The notes under the pieces were generated by a model. The model was not told the DNA's origin and searched no databases. It saw nothing but the letters and a program-made list of their open reading frames with translations. The position numbers and the translations under genes are program-made. 32,000 nt of DNA from Phycisphaera mikurensis NBRC 102666. GTDB lineage: Bacteria > Planctomycetota > Phycisphaerae > Phycisphaerales > Phycisphaeraceae. This document shows positions 28,001 to 32,000 of this stretch, in pieces. The DNA lies in assembly GCF_000284115.1 (NCBI RefSeq), contig NC_017080.1:2130001-2162000 (forward strand). The letters are read 5' to 3'. Within the stretch, counting starts at the first letter, position 1, and each line of letters begins with the position of its first letter.

Positions 28001-28563
28001 GGCTTGATCCGCTCCTCCGCGGGGTCGCCGAGGCCCTGCAGGTTGAAGGCCGGGTCGTCCGCCGTCAGCAGCATCCAAGCCACCGGCGACCCCGCGCCGG
28101 CTTCGCCGCGGGTGATCGTCGGCTCGTCGGCGTCGTCGGGGTAGTCGCTGACCTCGCGGAGCGCGTCGCTCACCTCCCCGTACGCCGCGTCGAGGTCGGT
28201 GCCGACGGTGAACTCCAGCTCGATCTCCGCCTGGCCCTGCGAAGCCGTCGCCTGCATCTTGAAGAGGTTGCGGACGTTCTTGAGCACGTCCTCCTGCGGC
28301 TCGATGATCTCCCGCTCGACCTCCTCGGGGGCGGTGCCGGTCCACTCCGTGCTGACCGTGATCATCGTCGGGTCGACGTCGGGCGTGAGCTGCACGGGGA
28401 TCGCGCGGAACGCCAGCACGCCGAAGAGCAGCAGCAAGATGACGCCGACCGCGACCTTGATCGGGTTGCCCACCGCGAAGCCGATCGGCCCCGCGCCGGT
28501 TCCGGCGTGGGGGGTCGCGGTGTGCGACACGCCGACGCCGGGAGGAGCTTGGCCGGTGCTCAC
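25009..28563 (-). CDS. RND-family efflux transporter permease (AcrB/HAE1-like)
   Basis: 1184 aa: NPIKVAVGVILLLLFGVLAFRAIPVQLTPDVDPTMI, EWTGTAPEEVEREIIEPQEDVLKNV, SICVIGTFVVMVALGRNINVISLAGLAFATGMVVDNGIVVLENI, LDTLTMLGFIILIGVVVNNAILIV. GTG start. Confidence 0.95.
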   Translation of the reverse strand: MSTGQAPPGVGVSHTATPHAGTGAGPIGFAVGNPIKVAVGVILLLLFGVLAFRAIPVQLTPDVDPTMITVSTEWTGTAPEEVEREIIEPQEDVLKNVRNLFKMQATASQGQAEIELEFTVGTDLDAAYGEVSDALREVSDYPDDADEPTITRGEAGAGSPVAWMLLTADDPAFNLQGLGDPAEERIKPFFERVDGVSEVRVYGGREREVHVDFDPARLAQRGVTVEDLGRALSGENTNVSAGDLQEGRYDVRVRTVGRYDELEQVERTVVAYDEAGGPIRVRDFAEVSLGYAKRRGFVRSRGQIALAFPVYKEPGANVIAVLEEVRSRLGEMNDEVLPAIAQGVARQNDLERVPVLRLEQVYDETIYINDALALVQNNLVVGGVLAVVALLVFLEWGRRRKLVLWSVPTLVALMILTRVVPGGWPLMAVAVLLLAVLVVVLARARPTLIIALSIPICVIGTFVVMVALGRNINVISLAGLAFATGMVVDNGIVVLENIDRHLQLSGPDGRPKSPIRASLDGASEVWGAVLASTLTTLAVFLPVLTVAGEAGQLFRDIAIALSAAVALSLVVGITVIPAASARLLRRRTDLEQAPAGEPNGGVFGRLAAGFSERIVGLMQPTRTGVAARVAILSVVTAGSLLGAWLLMPPTDYLPRGNKNLVFGIVLTPPGYNVDTAERIGRAAESVVEPFWEATTAQEAAELTPPVNRLFGAPATGAPPVDNYFFVSFGSAVFNGATSQDKNSVAPLQGLLSAATTGPWGLGFAEQSSLFGRGAAGSRQIDVEVSATQLDEVTAAASSLLGAARELYGFTAVRPDPGNFDRQSRELRVELDRVKAAELGVDVENLGRAVAAMVDGVIVGEYRLFGESIDLRARRLGVEPKPGDGPTEPVTVEALSALPIAYRTATGETGSIPLGAIAAVSRTLAPQTIRRIEERRAVVLSVVPPAEVPLGEATAAIQKAVAGLREAGAIAATVEVRLAGSAGKLAEVRDAMVGTLGGDDAGVLGAVAGLLSSRLLLALLVTYLLMAALFESFLYPLVVLFAVPLAAVGGFIGLGVVHHLDPTQQLDTLTMLGFIILIGVVVNNAILIVHQSLNFQRGAEGPPMDARSAIGQSVRTRLRPILMTTCTSVAGMLPLVLTPGSGSELYRGLGAVIVGGLVCATLFTLVIVPLLLSLVMREAAAEGDR

Positions 28564-29831
28564 GCGTCACCGCCGAGCGTTTCCGCAGCCGGTGCCCCGG
28601 CGGCATCGCCCGGGGTCGCGGCCGGCTCGCCGGGCGAGCCGGGCCCGTCGATCAGCAGCGGCCGCGTCGGGAACAGCGCCTCCTGGCCCATCACCACCAC
28701 GCGGGCTCCCGGGAAGAGCGGGCCATCGCCGAGCACCTCCACCGCGAAGCCCGTCCCGTCGCCAAAGAGAACCTCCACCGGCACCGGCAGCGCCATCGGC
28801 AGCGGATCCTCACCGGGGCCTTCCCCCTCCAGCGAGACCCACACCTCCGCGCCCCGCGGATTGAAGAGCACCGCGTCGCGCGGCACCACCAGCGTCGGCT
28901 CCGGTGCCCCGGCGGGGAAGCTCGCGGTCACCGACATGCCCGCCTTCAGCCGTCCGCCGCGGTCGTCCAGCCGCACCTTCACCGGGAAGGTGCGGGCCGG
29001 CCCCGTGCCGTCGGGCGTCACCGCGAACACCTCGCCGCTGACCTCCAGCGGCGCACCGCCCTCGCCCGCGGCCTCCACCGTCACCGCCGCCGTGGCGCCG
29101 GCCCGGATCCGCTGGATCAGCCGCTCCGGGACGTCCACCACCGCGTCGATCGTGCCGCGGGAGACCACCTCGACCAGCGCGTCCCCCGGATCGACCCAGC
29201 GGCCCACCTCCGCCATCTTGGAGACCACGACCCCGTCGAAGGGCGCGAGCACGTCCAGCCGGTCGACGTCGGTCTGCCGGCGGTCCTGCTCGGCCACCGC
29301 GCCCGCGAGGCGGGCCCGCGCCACCTCCAGGTCCGTCCGCGCGTCCTTCAACTCCCGGCTGCTGCCCGACCGCGCCGCGAAGATCTGCTCGAGCTGCTCC
29401 ACGTCGCTCTCTCGCCGGGCCACGGCCGACTCCGCCTCCCGCACGGCCGCCTGGGCCTCGCGGAGGAGCTGCGCCGGGATCGTCGGGTCCACGCGGGCCA
29501 GCACCGTCTCGTGCGCCGCGACCGCGGTGCCCGCCTCCACCGGGACCTCCACCAGGTTGCCCGCCACCTGCGCCGAGACCTCGGCCCGCTTGCTCGCCTC
29601 CAGCCGCCCCACCACGTCCACCCGCGGCTGCAGCGGCTTCATCGCCGCCTCCGCCACCTTCACGGTCGCCGGAGGCGGACCGCCCGCGCCCGGCGGCGGC
29701 CCGCCGGGAGCCTCGGCGCCCGCGGGCCACGCCGCGTACGCCCCAAGCCCCACCAGTCCGCCGCCGAGCAGCCCCCCCACCACCGCCGCGATCGCGAGCG
29801 CCGGCGTGTCGTTGTGTCCAGCTTCAGGCAT
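28560..29831 (-). CDS. RND efflux periplasmic adaptor subunit (HlyD/MFP family)
   Basis: ATVKVAEAAMKPLQPRVDVVGRLEASKRAEVSAQVAGNLVEVPVEAGTAV, DRLDVLAPFDGVVVSKMAEVGRWVDPGDALVEVV. 4-nt GTGA overlap with the permease. Confidence 0.93.
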   Translation of the reverse strand: MPEAGHNDTPALAIAAVVGGLLGGGLVGLGAYAAWPAGAEAPGGPPPGAGGPPPATVKVAEAAMKPLQPRVDVVGRLEASKRAEVSAQVAGNLVEVPVEAGTAVAAHETVLARVDPTIPAQLLREAQAAVREAESAVARRESDVEQLEQIFAARSGSSRELKDARTDLEVARARLAGAVAEQDRRQTDVDRLDVLAPFDGVVVSKMAEVGRWVDPGDALVEVVSRGTIDAVVDVPERLIQRIRAGATAAVTVEAAGEGGAPLEVSGEVFAVTPDGTGPARTFPVKVRLDDRGGRLKAGMSVTASFPAGAPEPTLVVPRDAVLFNPRGAEVWVSLEGEGPGEDPLPMALPVPVEVLFGDGTGFAVEVLGDGPLFPGARVVVMGQEALFPTRPLLIDGPGSPGEPAATPGDAAGAPAAETLGGDA

Positions 29832-29847
29832 CGGGACACACCCTAGC

Positions 29848-29893
29848 CCGCGGACCGAGGATTCAAACGGCCGTTTGAGATCCCGGTCCGCGG
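29848..29893. repeat. 46-bp dyad element, copy D: near-perfect palindrome (22 of 23 positions pairable per arm, allowing one 1-nt bulge each)
   Basis: CCGCGGACCGAGGATTCAAACGG | CCGTTTGAGATCCCGGTCCGCGG; the central TCAAACGGCCGTTTGA is a perfect 16-bp palindrome. Confidence 0.9.
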
Positions 29894-29990
29894 TCGCCGC
29901 CGGCACCGACCGCGGCGTTCTCTCCTGCGGTTGGCAAAGAGGCCGGAACGGTCCCCGGTCCGCGTGCCCCAAGCGCCGCGGTCTCGCCGG

Positions 29991-30020
29991 TTGACCCCGG
30001 CCGAGGCGCCGGAGTATTCT
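29991..30020 (+). promoter_or_regulatory. Candidate promoter TTGACC-N18-TATTCT for the amidase; predicted start site at or next to the ATG
   Basis: -35 TTGACC 29991..29996, -10 TATTCT 30015..30020, ATG at 30028. Confidence 0.7.
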
Positions 30021-30027
30021 AGAAGAC

Positions 30028-30735
30028 ATGCCCCACCCCCGCCTCCTTCCGCCCGGCCCCGCGGCGTCGCTGCTCGCGGTGCTCGCGTGCTGCTTCCTGC
30101 TCCCCGCGCCCGCCCACGCGGCCCTCTTCGGCGACAACCCCGTGGACCTCCCGATCAAGGAGTTCGTCGCCAGCCCCAACCACAACAACCGCCCGGCCGG
30201 GGTCACCGTCGACACGGTGGTGATCCACACGACGGAAGGATCCCTGGGCGGAACGCTGAGCTGGCTGCAGAACCCCGTGTCACAGGTCTCCGCACACTTC
30301 GTGATCGCGCAGAACGGCGACCTGTACCAGATGGTCAACTCGCGGAAGCGGGCGTGGCACGCGACCTACTACAACGCGCGGTCGATCGGCGTGGAGATGG
30401 TGGGGTACGCCGGCCGCGCCGACACCTGGAACGACGCGAACCTGGCGACGCTGGCGAGCGTGCTCGCCTGGTCGTCCGTGGAGTTCGGCATCGAGCTCGA
30501 GCGTCCGCTGGGCAACGCCTACGGCGACGCGAACAACACCTTCCGCGGGACCGGCCTCGTCGGCCACGCCCAGATCCAGCCGTGGAACAAGTCCGACCCC
30601 GGCGTCTTCTTCCCCTGGGACCGGGTCGAGGCCGACGCCCGGGCGGTGGTGGCCGCCGCCGTGCCCGAGCCGGGCACCGCCGCGGCGCTGCTGATCACGC
30701 TGGGCTGCCTTTGCCGCGGCCGTCGCGCGGCCTGA
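30028..30735 (+). CDS. Secreted N-acetylmuramoyl-L-alanine amidase (amidase_2-like) with PEP-CTERM-like sorting tail
   Basis: Signal-like N-terminus; VDTVVIHTTEGSLGGTLSWLQNPVSQVSAHFVIAQNGDLYQMV, RSIGVEMVGYAG, LVGHAQIQPWNKSDPG; C-terminus VPEPGTAAALLITLGCLCRGRRAA. Confidence 0.9.
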   Translation: MPHPRLLPPGPAASLLAVLACCFLLPAPAHAALFGDNPVDLPIKEFVASPNHNNRPAGVTVDTVVIHTTEGSLGGTLSWLQNPVSQVSAHFVIAQNGDLYQMVNSRKRAWHATYYNARSIGVEMVGYAGRADTWNDANLATLASVLAWSSVEFGIELERPLGNAYGDANNTFRGTGLVGHAQIQPWNKSDPGVFFPWDRVEADARAVVAAAVPEPGTAAALLITLGCLCRGRRAA

Positions 30736-30775
30736 CGCGGGGCCACATCCTTTGGGGCCGGATGGTCGGCACCCT

Positions 30776-30884
30776 GGGTGCCACGCCGCTTGCGGGGTGG
30801 CCGCCGCCGGGGGGCGACGCCAGCGGATCCGCGGATCGGCCGCGTGTCCTGCGGACACCGCACCCCGCAAGCGGCGTGGCACCC
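30776..30884. repeat. 109-bp structured element bounded by a perfect 24-bp inverted repeat
   Basis: GGGTGCCACGCCGCTTGCGGGGTG (30776..30799) / CACCCCGCAAGCGGCGTGGCACCC (30861..30884); internal GCGGATCCGC palindrome and GTGTCC-TGC-GGACAC hairpin. Confidence 0.92.
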
Positions 30885-30987
30885 GGGCATCGGTTCGATT
30901 CGGTCGATGTGTCGGCGGTCGAGTCTGGAGGATCGTGCACCTCCACCAGAATCCGCTCGGTGCCGAGGTCGATCCTTCGGATGCGTT

Positions 30988-32000
30988 TTAGACCTTGAAG
31001 ATCGCGCCGAGCTTCTTGCCCATCAGGATGCTCGCGCCCACGAGCGTGACGGTCAGCAGGGCCATGCCCCACACCCCCATGGCCGAAGCGATGGCGGGGC
31101 CGTCGCCGAGGCGGTTGAAGAGCGTCCAGATCGCCTTGGTGATCGGGTAGTGCGGCTCCTTCTCGGCGAGGATCAGCGAGTCGCTGACCTCCAGCATCGC
31201 GAAGCTGAAGACGAGGATGCCGCCGGCGATCAGGTTCGCGAGGATCAGCGGGATCACCACCCGCCGGATCGCCTGCAGCGGCGTGGCGCCCAGGTTCAAG
31301 GCGGCCTCTTCCAGGTCGCCGCTGGTCTGCTCGAGCCCGGCGGCGGCGGACCGCAGGATGTAGGGCAGCCGGCGGATCGTGTAAGCGATCACGAGGAAGA
31401 CCAGCGGGTTGGGGTTCTGGCCGCGGACCGACAGCAGCGACGCCACGCCGTCCAGGCCCGCCGCCGCGGCGGCCTCCCGCAGCGCCGGGAAGGGCCAGGC
31501 CAGCGACATCGCGACGTAGCCGAAGGCCATCACCAGCCCGGGCACCGCGAGCGGGAGCATGCCGAGCGTGTCCAGGAGAGCCGCCCCCCGCAGCCGCCAC
31601 CGCACCACGACGTACGCGATGGCCAGGCCGATGGCGATGCAGAAGACCATCGCGGTCACGGCGTAGATCAGCGAGTTGGTGATGGAGGTCATCGCCAGCT
31701 CGTGGGTGAGCGCCCCCTCGAAGTGGTCCAGCGTGAATTCCTGCGGGAGGATCGTGCGGTACCAGCTGCCGTCGGCGGCCAGCGCGGAGAGCACCACGCC
31801 CAGGTGCGGCAGCAGCGCAGCGGCCGTGACGCCGACGAACAGCGCGAGCGCGGCCAGGCCGCGCCAGCCGGTGAGCGCCTTCTCCGCCACCGCGGCCGTC
31901 GCCTTGCCCTGCATCGCGTACGCCCGGCCGCCGAACGCGAAGCGGCCGGCCGCGTACATCGCCAGCGCGGCGAAGAGCATCACCACGACCAGCGCGTACG
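30988..32000 (-). CDS. ABC transporter permease, iron/thiamine/polyamine (FbpB/PotBC)-like, C-terminal part (5' end outside the window)
   Basis: TSITNSLIYAVTAMVFCIAIGLAIAYVVVR, DTLGMLPLAVPGLVMAFGYV, GDLEEAALNLGATPLQAIRRVVIPLILANLIAGGILVFSFAMLEVSDSLIL. The frame appears open at the window edge. Confidence 0.9.
   Translation of the reverse strand, partial: YALVVVMLFAALAMYAAGRFAFGGRAYAMQGKATAAVAEKALTGWRGLAALALFVGVTAAALLPHLGVVLSALAADGSWYRTILPQEFTLDHFEGALTHELAMTSITNSLIYAVTAMVFCIAIGLAIAYVVVRWRLRGAALLDTLGMLPLAVPGLVMAFGYVAMSLAWPFPALREAAAAAGLDGVASLLSVRGQNPNPLVFLVIAYTIRRLPYILRSAAAGLEQTSGDLEEAALNLGATPLQAIRRVVIPLILANLIAGGILVFSFAMLEVSDSLILAEKEPHYPITKAIWTLFNRLGDGPAIASAMGVWGMALLTVTLVGASILMGKKLGAIFKV

Noticed and set aside
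29956-29965. Isolated half-site CGGTCCGCGT downstream of dyad copy D
   Set aside because: No matching left arm at the 26-nt spacing (29920..29929 does not match), so it is not counted as a dyad copy.
24763-29994. Very long ORFs in the track (1743 aa here; also 25..2457 of 810 aa, 6821..10894 and 7236..11309 of 1357 aa, 24731..28606 of 1291 aa)
   Set aside because: They lie antisense or out of frame to genes with clear family motifs, have Arg/Pro/Ala/Gly-rich low-complexity translations, and reflect stop-codon scarcity at high GC.

Overview
High-GC chromosomal window. The codon usage, lineage-typical proteins and a PEP-CTERM-like tail are compatible with a Planctomycetota/Phycisphaerae-type genome, but this is inference. 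Most of the window is ordinary single-copy genes: a GntR/LacI-type regulator, dinB, an RNase P RNA gene, the beta subunit of a 2-oxoacid:ferredoxin oxidoreductase, clpP, glycosyltransferases, a fused deacetylase-like/GT2 protein, a three-gene DUF883/YqjE-like/DUF3618 stress-type cluster, argF, an ABC-F ATPase, a 2-hydroxyacid dehydrogenase, dut, mdh, a phosphoesterase, an RND efflux pair, a PEP-CTERM amidase and an ABC permease. I found no CRISPR array, transposase, prophage or recognisable defence system. The most interesting signals are non-coding: (1) a recurring 46-bp dyad, CCGCGGACCG-N26-CGGTCCGCGG, in four exact copies plus one near-exact and one degenerate copy, all with the same 26-nt spacer; one copy is centred between two divergent start codons. 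(2) A recurrent TANNNT box 5-8 nt upstream of about ten start codons, suggesting widespread leaderless transcription. (3) Large structured inverted repeats upstream of rnpB, between korB-like and clpP, and downstream of the amidase. (4) A deacetylase-like domain that has apparently lost its metal-binding motifs and is fused to a GT2 domain. Many long ORFs in the supplied track (e.g. 25..2457, 6821..10894, 24763..29994) are antisense or frame-shifted high-GC artefacts.
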